A stretch of 64,000 bases of DNA from positions 640,001 to 704,000 of the forward strand of contig OZ245002.1 of the NCBI GenBank assembly GCA_965223415.1, given 5' to 3'. This document shows, one piece after another, positions 36,364 through 46,249 of this stretch (position 1 is its first letter; the number at the start of each line of letters is the position of its first letter). The stretch is from Myxococcota bacterium (GTDB lineage: Bacteria > Myxococcota_A > UBA9160 > UBA6930). The notes under the pieces are model-generated. The model ran no database searches, was not told where the DNA came from, and saw nothing but the letters and a program-made list of their open reading frames with translations. The translations under genes and the position numbers were made by a program.

Positions 36364-37258
36364 CGAAGAGCTCCTCGAAGGCCTTCATCTGGTTGCCGAC
36401 GGCGGAAGACGGAACCAGGATCGGCGTGCTCACGCCGGCGTCGAACCACGCCTCCAGGCCTTCACGCACCTCCGCAACAGAGCCGAAGAGCGACACGTCG
36501 GAGAGCCAGCGCTCCGTCATCAGCTCCGGGAGGCGCTCGCGCTCGCCGGCCTCCAGCGCCTTCTCGACGGCTTCCATCTCCTCCACGTAGCCGGCTTCCT
36601 TCCAGTAGTTCCGGTAGTTGGGGAAGTTCAGATACATGGTCAGGGTCTTGCGGTTGACGGCGGCGGCGGCCTCGCGGTCGTCGGAGATGCAGGTGGGGAT
36701 CATGTCACCGACGAAGTAGCCCGGATCGTTGCGCCGGGCTTCCGGGAGCGCCTTCAGGCTCTCGGGCACGTGGCTGCGGGCGACGTTGGCGAAGACGACG
36801 CCATCGCCGATCTCGCCGGCCAGGGCCACCATCTTCTTGCGCAGCGCAGCGAGGACGATGGGCGGCAGCTCGCCGGCTCGGGGGGTCGCCCGGAGGCCTT
36901 CGACGAAGGCGCGGGTATCGGCCAGGGGCTTGCCGGTGGCGACGCCCAGCCGGCGGTTCATGGCGTCGTGGCTCACGCCCACGCCGAAGGCGAAGCGCCC
37001 CCCGGACAACTCGTGGATCAGGCTCGCGGTGAGCGCGTAGTCGCTCACGTGGCGCGTGTACATGTTCACGATCGCCGTCCCGATCGGGATGCGTTCGGTC
37101 GTGAGCGCCAGCGCCTCGCTCAGGCCGAGGCCGTCGCCGAAGCTGGCACAGTAGATGCCGGCGAAGCCGCGGCGTTCGATCTCGCGGGCCAGCTCGAGGG
37201 TCTTCTTGCGTCGGCCGGGAACGGCGGCCAGGGCCAGGGCGGGGAGTTGGTGGGGCAT
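36350..37258 (-). CDS. LLM-class (probably F420-dependent) oxidoreductase
   Basis: TERIPIGTAI, SGGRFAFGVGVSH, AAL..M..LAGEIGDG. Confidence 0.85.
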   Translation of the reverse strand: MPHQLPALALAAVPGRRKKTLELAREIERRGFAGIYCASFGDGLGLSEALALTTERIPIGTAIVNMYTRHVSDYALTASLIHELSGGRFAFGVGVSHDAMNRRLGVATGKPLADTRAFVEGLRATPRAGELPPIVLAALRKKMVALAGEIGDGVVFANVARSHVPESLKALPEARRNDPGYFVGDMIPTCISDDREAAAAVNRKTLTMYLNFPNYRNYWKEAGYVEEMEAVEKALEAGERERLPELMTERWLSDVSLFGSVAEVREGLEAWFDAGVSTPILVPSSAVGNQMKAFEELFAAFA

Positions 37259-37300
37259 CGGCCCAGGGTAGCCCACCCACGGGCGCCTCTCGCTTCGGCC

Positions 37301-37906
37301 CTAGACCTCCGCCGCGTACGGCGGCGCGGGATCGTACTGGATGCCGCGCTGCACGCGGCGAGCGACGTCCGGAGTGTGGATCTGCCCGACGAGCCAGAGC
37401 GCCATGTCGATTCCGGCGGAGACGCCGGCGGAGGTGACGAGGTTGCCATCGCGAACGAAGCGGGGACCGTCGAGCACCGTCACGTCGCCGCGGGCGCGAA
37501 GGTCGTCGACGAAGCCGAAGAAGGTGGTGACCCGCTTGCCGCGGGCGAGGCCGGCCTCGTGGAGGAGAAGTGCGCCGGTGCACACGCTCGTGATCCACTC
37601 GCACCCGGCACCGACCTTGCGGATCCAGTCGATGAGCGCCGGGTTCGCGACCTCGCGCCGCGTGCCCTGCCCGCCCGGAACCAGCAGGACGTCGAGCTCC
37701 GGCGCGTCGGCGAAGGTGTGGTCCGGAAGCACGCGAAGGCCGCAGGCACCCCGCACCGGCCCTTCCTTCTCCGCGATGGTCACGACCCTTCCGCACCCGC
37801 ACGCCTTGGCGAGGGAGCCGAACACCTCGTAGGGCCCCGCGAAGTCGAGCTCCTCCACGTCGTCGAAGAGCAGGATCCCGATCGTGACCGCGCGCAGCTC
37901 GTCCAT
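37301..37906 (-). CDS. DJ-1/PfpI family protein
   Basis: EELDFAGPYEVF, VPGG, SVCTGA, TSAGVSAGID. Confidence 0.95.
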   Translation of the reverse strand: MDELRAVTIGILLFDDVEELDFAGPYEVFGSLAKACGCGRVVTIAEKEGPVRGACGLRVLPDHTFADAPELDVLLVPGGQGTRREVANPALIDWIRKVGAGCEWITSVCTGALLLHEAGLARGKRVTTFFGFVDDLRARGDVTVLDGPRFVRDGNLVTSAGVSAGIDMALWLVGQIHTPDVARRVQRGIQYDPAPPYAAEV

Positions 37907-37939
37907 GGAAACTCCGGGTGCTGGCCCGAGCCGGCCCGA

Positions 37940-37955
37940 TTTGTAACAGTACAAA
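37940..37955. promoter_or_regulatory. Palindromic operator between DJ-1 gene and MocR regulator
   Basis: TTTGTA-ACAG-TACAAA. Confidence 0.65.
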
Positions 37956-37958
37956 GCG

Positions 37959-39302
37959 GTGTCGAGGGCGTTACAGAAGTCTATCGGACCGATCCGGGGC
38001 GAGCAGGCGGCGGAGATCGCAGCCAGCGTCGAGGCTGCGGTGCGGGACGGGGAGCTCTCCGCCGGCGAGGCGCTGCCCACCGTGCGCGCCCTGGCGAAGG
38101 CCCTCGGCGTGAGCCCGACGACTGTCGCTGCGGCCTACCGGGAGCTCGGGCGCCGCGGACTGCTCGTCACCGAGGGACGCCGCGGAACGCGGGTGAGCCC
38201 GGCGCCGCCGGTCTCCGCCGTCTCCGCGGCTCCGCTGCCCGCCGGCACCCGGGACCTGGCGAGCGGCAACCCGGACCCGGCGCTCCTGCCTCGGCTCGCC
38301 CCCTTCCTGGGACGCCTGGCGAGGCTCGACCCGGAGCCCCACCTCTACGCGGAGCAGGTCCACCTGGCGGCGCTCACCGATCTGGCCGGGGACCGCCTGC
38401 GCGCCGACGGCGTTCCCTTCCCCGGGCTGTCGGTGGTGAGCGGCGCCCTCGACGGCATCGAGCGGGTGCTCCTCGCCCACCTTCGGCCGGGCGACCGGGT
38501 TGCGGTCGAGGACCCGGGCTTCGGCGGCGTCTACCATCTGCTGCGCGCCATGGGCCACCCGCCGGTGCCGCTCGCCCTGGACGACCGCGGTCCGGTCCCC
38601 GAATCCCTCGAGCGCGCCCTCGGCCGCGGTGCCCGCGCCGTGATCGTGACGCCCCGCGCCCAGAACCCGACGGGCGCGGCCCTCGATGCCGGTCGCGCCG
38701 CGGAGCTCGTTGCGGTGCTCGCCGGCCGCCCCGAAGTGCTGATCGTCGAGGACGACCACGGCGCCGAGGCCTCCGGTGCCGCCGCCGTCACCCTGTGCTC
38801 GGAGGACACGCCGCGCTTCGCCGTCGTGCGCTCGGTCTCGAAGACCCTGGGGCCGGACCTTCGCCTCGCGGTGCTGGCGGGGGACCCGGAGACGATCGCC
38901 CGGGTCGAAGGCCGCCAGCTCCTGGGCACACGCTGGGTGAGCCACCTGCTCCAGCACCTCGTCGTCCTGCTGTGGAAGGACCGGGGGGTCACGCGGCGGG
39001 TCGCCCGGGCCGGGCGCACCTACGGGGCGCGCCGCGACGCCCTCCTGGATGCCCTCGCGGAGCTCGGGATCCGGGCCCACGGCCGGTCGGGCCTGAACGT
39101 CTGGGTGCCGGTCCCGGAGGAGACCGCCGCCGTGCAGCACCTGCTCGCCGCGGGCTACGCCGTGCGCGCCGGCGAGACCCACCGGCTGGCCTCGCCGCCG
39201 GCGCTCCGGATCACCACCGCGGCCCTTCCCGAGGAGGAGGCCCCGGCCGTCGCCGCGGCCTTGGCGGCGGCCCGCGGCGCGATGCGTACCTCTGTGGCCT
39301 GA
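37959..39302 (+). CDS. GntR/MocR regulator with PLP aminotransferase domain
   Basis: LPTVRALA..VSPTTV..AY, GNPD, QNPTG, EDDH, SVSK. Confidence 0.95.
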   Translation: MSRALQKSIGPIRGEQAAEIAASVEAAVRDGELSAGEALPTVRALAKALGVSPTTVAAAYRELGRRGLLVTEGRRGTRVSPAPPVSAVSAAPLPAGTRDLASGNPDPALLPRLAPFLGRLARLDPEPHLYAEQVHLAALTDLAGDRLRADGVPFPGLSVVSGALDGIERVLLAHLRPGDRVAVEDPGFGGVYHLLRAMGHPPVPLALDDRGPVPESLERALGRGARAVIVTPRAQNPTGAALDAGRAAELVAVLAGRPEVLIVEDDHGAEASGAAAVTLCSEDTPRFAVVRSVSKTLGPDLRLAVLAGDPETIARVEGRQLLGTRWVSHLLQHLVVLLWKDRGVTRRVARAGRTYGARRDALLDALAELGIRAHGRSGLNVWVPVPEETAAVQHLLAAGYAVRAGETHRLASPPALRITTAALPEEEAPAVAAALAAARGAMRTSVA

Positions 39303-39315
39303 CCCGATTTCCCCG

Positions 39316-39345
39316 TTGACGAGCTTAACGGTCGGTAAGTAAGGT
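39316..39345 (+). promoter_or_regulatory. Sigma70-like promoter with overlapping imperfect palindrome upstream of lipase
   Basis: TTGACG-N18-TAAGGT; CTTAACGGTCGGTAAG at 39324-39339. Confidence 0.5.
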
Positions 39346-39376
39346 AGAGCGGCCACCGCCGTTGGGAGGGAAGCCC

Positions 39377-40303
39377 GTGACCATCGCCCGCTGCCTGTTC
39401 GTCCTGCTGCTCGTCCCCCTGCTCCTGGCCGGGAACTGCAACAACAACGGGCCTACCCCGCCCCAGTACCCCTTCGTCCTGGCCCACGGCGCGATGGGCG
39501 CCGAGACCTACGTCGAGCTCCTCGACTACTGGAACGGGATCGTCGACGAGATGGAGGACGAGGGCGCCCAGGTCTTCGTCAGCCAGGTGAGCGCCATCCA
39601 CGACAGCTACGTGCGCGGTGCCCAGCTCCAGGCCCAGGTGGAGAGCATCGTCGCCACCACCGGGGCGGCGAAGGTGCACCTGATCGGCCACAGCCAGGGC
39701 GGCCTCGACGCCCGCTACGTGGCGGGTATGCGGCCGGACCTGGTCGCTTCGGTCACGACGGTGGGGTCGCCGCATCAGGGTGCCTCGGTGGCGCAGTTCA
39801 TCGCCGACGGCATCAACCAGGACGGCTCGTTCACCGGGGCGCTGGTCGGCTTCTTCGGCGCTCTGCTGGTGCCGGTGGTCGAGCTGCTCGGGGGCACCGC
39901 CGACCCCCTCGACGCGAAGGCCGCCCTCTCCTTCCTCGCCCCGTCGGGCATGGCCGCCTTCAACGCGACCTTCCCGGACGGCGTGCCGAGCGGCTGCCAC
40001 CCGGGAGCGCCGGTGGTGAGCGGCGTCCGCTACTACTCGTGGACCGGCAAGGTCACCACGACGAACGTCCTCGACCTCACCGATCCCCTGATGGGCGCCG
40101 CGGGGCTCTTCTACCTGCTCCAGCCGAACGACGGACTGGTGACCGTGTGCAGCGCCCAGTTCGGCGACGTGCTGGACGACGACCTGCTCATGAACCACCT
40201 CGACGAAGTGAACCAGATCCTGGGCCTGACGTCGCTCTTCGAGGTGGATCCGCGCACGCTCTACCGCGATCACGTGCGGCGGCTCGCGGACCTCGGCCTC
40301 TAG
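39377..40303 (+). CDS. Triacylglycerol lipase, family I (foldase-dependent type)
   Basis: YPFVLAHG, VRGAQL, IGHSQGG, SPHQG, NDGLV..CS, NHLDEVNQ. Confidence 0.95.
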   Translation: MTIARCLFVLLLVPLLLAGNCNNNGPTPPQYPFVLAHGAMGAETYVELLDYWNGIVDEMEDEGAQVFVSQVSAIHDSYVRGAQLQAQVESIVATTGAAKVHLIGHSQGGLDARYVAGMRPDLVASVTTVGSPHQGASVAQFIADGINQDGSFTGALVGFFGALLVPVVELLGGTADPLDAKAALSFLAPSGMAAFNATFPDGVPSGCHPGAPVVSGVRYYSWTGKVTTTNVLDLTDPLMGAAGLFYLLQPNDGLVTVCSAQFGDVLDDDLLMNHLDEVNQILGLTSLFEVDPRTLYRDHVRRLADLGL

Positions 40304-40656
40304 GAGCGGAGACCGGAGAGGACGGCCGCGGCGCTTTCGCTCTCGGGAGTGGGGCGAGCTTCGCAGCTGCGGCGGCGGGTGCGGCAGGCGACGAGCTCGA
40401 AGCAATCGCTCTGACAGGAGCGGCGCTTGCGGCCGCAAAGGTCCCAGCACATCGCCCGGTGACAGCGGGCACGGCAGGCCGTGCCGTAGCTACGATCGCA
40501 GCGGTCGAAGCAGCGATTGCACTGGACGGCGGGTGAGTCCTCGGTGGCCAGACGGAGGAAGGCGCGGCCCTCGGGCCCGAGGGTCGAGACGGGAGGCTCC
40601 GCCGAGGCGGACCCGGCGGCGAGGAGGATCGCAAGGATGAGGAGGGCCAGGCGCAC
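40300..40656 (-). CDS. Small secreted Cys-rich protein
   Basis: Signal peptide (ASA-E), 11 Cys with repeated CxxxC; GTG start inferred. Confidence 0.65.
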   Translation of the reverse strand: MRLALLILAILLAAGSASAEPPVSTLGPEGRAFLRLATEDSPAVQCNRCFDRCDRSYGTACRARCHRAMCWDLCGRKRRSCQSDCFELVACRTRRRSCEARPTPESESAAAVLSGLRS

Positions 40657-40686
40657 GCCCTCGAATCGGACCGCGGAGAACGGGCC

Positions 40687-41667
40687 TTGAGTCGGTCCCC
40701 GGGGGCTCTGGTGTGGATGAGCGTCACCTTGGCCGCATGCGGGGTGTGGATGCTCGCCGGAGAGCGGCCGTTGCCCGAGGTGCCCGCGCGCACGGCGACC
40801 GCCGCGGCCCCCGACCCGGCACCGGCGGTACGCCCGCGGGCGCCTGCGGCGGCGCGCTCGGGCCGGCTGGGTGTGGACGGCGCCGGCCGCTTCGTGGCGG
40901 ATCGCGACGCACTCGCCTGGCTGCGCTCCTTCCTCTACGCGCACCGCGATCTCGAGCAGGCCGAACTCGCAGCGGCTCTCGACCGCGCTCTCCGCCGCGC
41001 GCTTCCCGAAGACGCCTGGCCCGACGCCCGCAACCTGACCGCGCGCTTCCTGGCGTTCCGGGCGGCGGCCCGGGCGGAGCTCGACGATCCGGCCCTGGCG
41101 GAGAGCGCCGGGCTCGAGCGGCGCCTCCAGTGGCTCCGGGAGCTGCGGCGCGAGCACTTCGGCCCGGAGCTGGCCGAGGCCCTGTTCGCCGAGGAGGAGG
41201 CCACGCTCCGGGTACAGCTGGCGATGCGCCGGGTGCGGGAGAACGATGGCCTGAGCCCGGCAGCCCGCCGCCAGGCGCTGGACACGCTGGAGGCGGAGCT
41301 TCCCGCCCCGGTGCGCGACACCTGGGCGCGGGTGACCGCCCCGCTGCGGCTCGCCGAGGAGGAGGAGGCGTTGCGGGCGGCCGGGGCCGGCGAAGCCGAA
41401 ATCCAGGCGCTACGGGAGGCGCGGGTGGGCCCGGCCGCCGCGCGCCGCCTCACCGCCCTCGACCGGGAGCGCGCCGTCTGGAAGGCGCGGGTGGACGCCT
41501 ACCGTGCCGAGCACAGCGCCCGGATCGCTGGCGGCGCCGACCCGGACGCCCTGCGCGCCCTCCGCGAGCGCCACTTCGAAGGCGACGAACGCGCCCGCGT
41601 CGAGCGCCTCGAGGCCGTGTGGCGCACGAGCGGGGCGGCCGGGGGCGGGGCGGCCGCGACGCCTTAG
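40687..41667 (+). CDS. Lipase-specific foldase (Lif)
   Basis: TM + Ala/Pro linker, LRREHFG..AEALFAEE, VGPAAARRL..LDRERA.W..R..Y, LRERHF. Confidence 0.85.
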   Translation: MSRSPGALVWMSVTLAACGVWMLAGERPLPEVPARTATAAAPDPAPAVRPRAPAAARSGRLGVDGAGRFVADRDALAWLRSFLYAHRDLEQAELAAALDRALRRALPEDAWPDARNLTARFLAFRAAARAELDDPALAESAGLERRLQWLRELRREHFGPELAEALFAEEEATLRVQLAMRRVRENDGLSPAARRQALDTLEAELPAPVRDTWARVTAPLRLAEEEEALRAAGAGEAEIQALREARVGPAAARRLTALDRERAVWKARVDAYRAEHSARIAGGADPDALRALRERHFEGDERARVERLEAVWRTSGAAGGGAAATP

Positions 41668-42937
41668 CAGGCTGCTGAAATTCGGCGCTGAGAGGCGCCA
41701 GAACGCCAGAGGGCGCGGGTCCCCGCGGCCCGCTCGGCTCGCTCTTCGATCCCGGAAGCGATCCGGGGTACCTCGTCTCGATGCAGGTGCGTCATGTGAC
41801 CTCTACGAGGTTGCGTATGCGGACCAGGTTGTAGACCGCCGCCGTGAAGACGAACATCCACCCGACCCGATCCGTGCCCCGGTGACGCGTCTTTCGCATT
41901 CCCCCGACCGTCTTCATCCAACCGAAGCACTCCTCGATCCGCTTGCGTTTGTGCTGGCTGATCGCGTAGCCCTCGTGACGGACCGTGCGACCGTCGATCC
42001 GGCTGGCCCGATTCGTCGTGTGCTGCGCCACGTGCGGCGTGATGTTGCGCTTCCGGCAGCCCGCCACGAACTCCTCGGTGTCGTAGCCCTTGTCCCCGCC
42101 CAGCGTGATCCGGCGCCTTCCCGCCACGTCCTCCGCCATCTCCAGCGCTGCCAGCCGCTCGGCGTAGCCATCGGCCTCCGTCAGCAGCGCCGAGACGATC
42201 AGGCCGTTGCGGTTCTCCGTCAGCAGATGGCCCATGTAGGCCAGCTGCGAGGTCTGGCCCTTCTTGCGCGCCAGCCGCGCCTCGGGATCCGTCGTCGATT
42301 CGTGCGTCGCGTTGCTCCGCCGCTCTCCCCGAAAGTTCACCGTCGGGTTGCCCGGATCGTCGTCTCCGTCGTCCCCCGAGCCGTCCTTCGCCCGGAAGCT
42401 CTTCTGGCTCGCCCACGCCTCGATCAGCGTGCCATCCACCGTGAAGTGCTCCGACGACAGAAGGCCGTGGTCCTTTCCCTGCGCCAGCACCGCCTCAAAG
42501 AACGCCTCCGCCACGTCCCCTTCCAGCAGCCGGTCCCGGTTCTTCGTGAAGACCGTCGGGACCCAGACCGCATCCTCCATCCCCAGCCCTACGAACCAAC
42601 GGAACAGCAGGTTGTACTCGAGCTGCTCCATCAGCTGGCGCTCACTCCGGATCGAGTAGAGCACCTGCAGCAACAGAGCCCGCAGCAGCCGCTCCGGTGG
42701 GATCGACGGCCGGCCCGTCGACGCGTAGAGCTCCGAGAACCGCCGAGACAGGCCCCTCAGCGCCTCGTCCACCATCGCCCGCATGGGGCGAAGCGGATGA
42801 TCCTCCGGAATCCGCGTCTCCAGCGAGACGTAGCTGAACATCGAACCCTGCTCTCGGTCGCTGCCGCGCATCCTCTCTCCCCCCGACCCATCTTCTACCA
42901 TCGAGAACACGGAAACGCAGGGTTTTTCAGCAGCCTG
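41668..42937 (-). mobile_element. Complete IS5-family insertion sequence, 1270 bp
   Basis: 13-bp TIR CAGGCTGCTGAAA / TTTCAGCAGCCTG; TTAG duplication at 41664-41667 and 42938-42941. Confidence 0.95.
41792..42871 (-). CDS. IS5-family DDE transposase
   Basis: GRPSIPPE, YNLLFRWFVG, TVDGT, GDKGYD, RKRIEECFGW.K. Confidence 0.95.
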   Translation of the reverse strand: MRGSDREQGSMFSYVSLETRIPEDHPLRPMRAMVDEALRGLSRRFSELYASTGRPSIPPERLLRALLLQVLYSIRSERQLMEQLEYNLLFRWFVGLGMEDAVWVPTVFTKNRDRLLEGDVAEAFFEAVLAQGKDHGLLSSEHFTVDGTLIEAWASQKSFRAKDGSGDDGDDDPGNPTVNFRGERRSNATHESTTDPEARLARKKGQTSQLAYMGHLLTENRNGLIVSALLTEADGYAERLAALEMAEDVAGRRRITLGGDKGYDTEEFVAGCRKRNITPHVAQHTTNRASRIDGRTVRHEGYAISQHKRKRIEECFGWMKTVGGMRKTRHRGTDRVGWMFVFTAAVYNLVRIRNLVEVT

Positions 42938-42986
42938 TTAGGCGGAGCCGGCCGAGCTACCATCCGCCGCTCTTCCTGGAGGCCCC

Positions 42987-45485
42987 TTGTCCACCGACGA
43001 TCCCCGTGTCGAACCGCTGCTCGGACAGCTGACCCTGGACGAGAAGGCCGCCCTCACCGCCGGCACCTCCATGTGGTACGGGGGCGGCGTGCCGAGGCTC
43101 GGCATCCGGCCCATGAAGGTGACCGACGGACCCATCGGCGCGCGAGGCGGCAACCTGGGCGGCGGGGTGGGCGCGGCCTGCTTCCCCAACGCCAGCGCCC
43201 TGGGGGCCACCTGGAATCCGGAGCTCGTCCAGCAGATCGGCGTGGCCCTCGGCCAGGAAGCGCGCACCAAGCAGTGCCACGTGCTCCTCGGGCCGACGAT
43301 CAACATGCACCGCTCGCCGCTCGGTGGGCGCCACTTCGAGAGCTACTCGGAGGATCCGCACCTCGCCGCGCGCCTGGCCGCCGCCTTCGTGCGAGGCGTC
43401 CAGAGCCAGGGCGTCGCGGTCTCGGCCAAGCACTACGTCGCGAACGACTCGGAGTTCGAGCGGCACACCATCGACTCCCGCGTGAGCGAGCGGGCGCTGC
43501 GCGAGATCTACCTGGCGCCCTTCGAGGCCGCGGTGGCGGCCGGGGCGTGGACCGTGATGGGCGCGTACAACGCCGTGAACGGCACGCCGGCCTGTGCCCA
43601 CCGGGAGCTTCTGGTCGACGTCCTCAAGGAGGAGTGGGGCTTCGACGGGCTGGTGGTCACCGACTGGTTCGCCCTCAAGGACACCCTCGGGCCGGGCCGC
43701 GGCGGCCTCGATCTGGAGATGCCGGGGCCGGCGCGCTTCTTCGGGCCCGCCCTGGCCCAGGCGGTGAAGGACGGCGACGTGCCCGAGGAGGAGCTCGACG
43801 ACAAGGTGCGCCGCATCCTCCGGGTGATGGCGCGCACCGGCGCCCTCGACACCCCGGAGGAGGAGCCGCCGGAGCGGGCCGTCGACCGTCCCGAGCACCG
43901 CGCCCTCGCCCTGCGCGCGGCCAGCGAGGCGCTCGTGCTGCTGAAGAACGACGCGGCAGGCGGCGGCCCGCCGGTGCTCCCCCTGCGCCGGGACGGCCTG
44001 CGCCGCCTCGCGGTGATCGGGCCGAACGCGCGGCACACCTGCATCCAGGGCGGCGGCAGCGCCCGCGTGCTGCCCCACTACGAGACCCACGCGGAGGGGG
44101 CCCTCCGCGAGGCCTGCGGCGACGGCGTGGAGGTGGTCTTCGCTCCGGGCTGCACGAGCCACAAGACGTTGCCGGTGATCGATCCGGCGCGGGTCGCGCC
44201 GCCGGAGGAGCCCGAGGGCAGGGGCTTCGAGGCCCGCTTCTTCGGCGGCCTCGCCTTCGAAGGCGAGCCGGTGCGCGTCCGGCGTTCTGCCAACATGGAG
44301 CATCTGTGGCTCGGCGCGTTCGATCCCGCCGTCGATCCGGCGGCCTTCTCGGTGCGCTTCCACGGCCGCTTCACGCCGGAGGAGAGCGGCGATCACCGCT
44401 TCGGCCTCACCTGTGCCGGAAAGGCGCGGCTGTTCCTCGACGGGGAGCTCGCCATCGACAACTGGAACGAGCAGGTGCGCGGCGATGCCTACTTCGGTAC
44501 CGGCACCCGCGAGGAGGTGGCCACGGTCCCGCTCGTCGGGGGGGAGCCGGTGGAGCTCCGGGTCGAGTACACCCGGGAGGGCGCCGTGATGATGGGCGGC
44601 CTCAAGCTCGGCCATCTGCCGCCGCTCGGCGACGACCCGCTGGGCGAAGCGGAGCGCGTGGCGGCTGCGGCGGACGCGGCGGTCGTGATCGTCGGGCTCA
44701 ACGCCGAGTGGGAGACCGAAGGGCACGACAAGCAGGGGGCCGACCTCCCGGGCGGGCAGGCGGAGCTGATCGAACGCGTGGCCGCGGCGAATCCCCGCAC
44801 CGCCGTGGTGGTGAACGCCGGCGCACCGCTGGTGATGGACTGGGCGGAGCGAGTGCCGGCGATCCTGTGGGCCTGGTACGGCGGCCAGGAGGCGGGCACC
44901 GCCATCGCCGCCGGCCTGATCGGCGACGCCAACCCCTGCGGCAAGCTGCCGACGACCTTCCCGCGTTCCCTGGACGACGTGCCCTGCCACAGAGGAGACC
45001 CGGAGGTCTACCCGGGGAAGGACGGCCGGGTGGTCTACGCCGAGGACCTCCTGGTGGGCCACCGGCACTACGAGGCGAAGGGCATCGCGCCGCGCTTCCC
45101 CTTCGGCTTCGGCCTCTCCTACACGCGCTTCGAGCTCGGTGCGCCGAGCCTCTCCGCCCCGAGCGGCGACCTGTCCCGGCCCCTCGAGGTGACGGTTCCC
45201 GTGCGCAACACCGGCGAGCGGGCGGGCCAGGAAGTGGTCCAATGCTATGTCGCTCCTCCGGCCGGACGCCTTTCCCGTCCGGCGCGGGAGCTCGAGGCCT
45301 TCGCGAAGCTCGCCCTGGCACCGGGAGAGGAGGGCGAGGCCGTGCTGCGCCTCGAGCGCCGCGCCTTCTCCTGCTGGGACCCGGACACCCACGACTGGGT
45401 CGCCGAGCCCGGCGCCTACGAGCTCTGCATCGGAACCGCGTCGAGCGACCTGCCCCATCGCCTGCGCTTCGAGCTCACGGGCTGA
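42987..45485 (+). CDS. GH3 beta-glucosidase with PA14 and Fn3-like domains
   Basis: TDGP.G.RG, ESYSEDP, KHY, TDW, GLDLEMPG, FPFGFGLSYT, EVVQ.Y. Confidence 0.95.
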   Translation: MSTDDPRVEPLLGQLTLDEKAALTAGTSMWYGGGVPRLGIRPMKVTDGPIGARGGNLGGGVGAACFPNASALGATWNPELVQQIGVALGQEARTKQCHVLLGPTINMHRSPLGGRHFESYSEDPHLAARLAAAFVRGVQSQGVAVSAKHYVANDSEFERHTIDSRVSERALREIYLAPFEAAVAAGAWTVMGAYNAVNGTPACAHRELLVDVLKEEWGFDGLVVTDWFALKDTLGPGRGGLDLEMPGPARFFGPALAQAVKDGDVPEEELDDKVRRILRVMARTGALDTPEEEPPERAVDRPEHRALALRAASEALVLLKNDAAGGGPPVLPLRRDGLRRLAVIGPNARHTCIQGGGSARVLPHYETHAEGALREACGDGVEVVFAPGCTSHKTLPVIDPARVAPPEEPEGRGFEARFFGGLAFEGEPVRVRRSANMEHLWLGAFDPAVDPAAFSVRFHGRFTPEESGDHRFGLTCAGKARLFLDGELAIDNWNEQVRGDAYFGTGTREEVATVPLVGGEPVELRVEYTREGAVMMGGLKLGHLPPLGDDPLGEAERVAAAADAAVVIVGLNAEWETEGHDKQGADLPGGQAELIERVAAANPRTAVVVNAGAPLVMDWAERVPAILWAWYGGQEAGTAIAAGLIGDANPCGKLPTTFPRSLDDVPCHRGDPEVYPGKDGRVVYAEDLLVGHRHYEAKGIAPRFPFGFGLSYTRFELGAPSLSAPSGDLSRPLEVTVPVRNTGERAGQEVVQCYVAPPAGRLSRPARELEAFAKLALAPGEEGEAVLRLERRAFSCWDPDTHDWVAEPGAYELCIGTASSDLPHRLRFELTG

Positions 45486-45487
45486 CC

Positions 45488-46249
45488 ATGGGCCGCGTGT
45501 GGGTCTTCGGCGGCTCCGAGGGAATCGGCGAGGCCGTGGCGGAAGCCTGCAGCCGGCGTGGCGACCGCGTCGCCATCTTTGCCCGTAGGACGGAGCGGCT
45601 GGAGGCCACCTCCCGGCACCTGGGGATACTGGGCCTATCCGCCGACGTCGAGGATCCGGACTCCCTGGCCGACGCCTGCGAGCGCGCCGCCAAGGCCCTC
45701 GGCGAACCGGACCTGGTGGTGAACTGCGCGGGACGGGCCCGCCCCGCCCGCTTCGCCGACAAGGACCTCGGCGATCTCCAGGCGGACCTCCGCGTCCACG
45801 TCGAGGGCGCCTGGAACGTGGTGAAGGCGTGTCTCCCCCTCATGCCCGGCGGCGGAACCTTCGTCCTGACCTCGTCGCTGGCCGGCCTGATCCCGATCTT
45901 CGGCTACAGCGACTACGCCGCCTCCAAGGCCGGTGTAATCGCCCTGGCCGAGGTGCTGCGCCAGGAGCTCGCCCCGCGGAAGATCGACGTGCGCGTGCTG
46001 TGCCCGCCGGACGTGGACACGCCGGGCTTCGAGATCGAGAACCGGAGCAAGCCCAGAGAGACCCGGGCCCTCTCGGAGGGCGCCTCACTCCTCACGGCGG
46101 AGGCCGTGGCCGGCGAGCTGCTGCGCGGCCTGGACCGACGGCGCTTCCTGATCGTCCCGGGCCGCGCGGCGAGGGGGTTGGCCGCCGTCGTGCGGCTGGC
46201 GCCTAGGCTCGCTCGCCGGATCGTGGATCGGAGCCTGCGGGCCCGCTGA
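45488..46249 (+). CDS. SDR oxidoreductase, 3-ketodihydrosphingosine reductase-like
   Basis: GGSEGIG, NCAG, GYSDYAASK, PPDVDTPGFEIENRSKPRET. Confidence 0.8.
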   Translation: MGRVWVFGGSEGIGEAVAEACSRRGDRVAIFARRTERLEATSRHLGILGLSADVEDPDSLADACERAAKALGEPDLVVNCAGRARPARFADKDLGDLQADLRVHVEGAWNVVKACLPLMPGGGTFVLTSSLAGLIPIFGYSDYAASKAGVIALAEVLRQELAPRKIDVRVLCPPDVDTPGFEIENRSKPRETRALSEGASLLTAEAVAGELLRGLDRRRFLIVPGRAARGLAAVVRLAPRLARRIVDRSLRAR

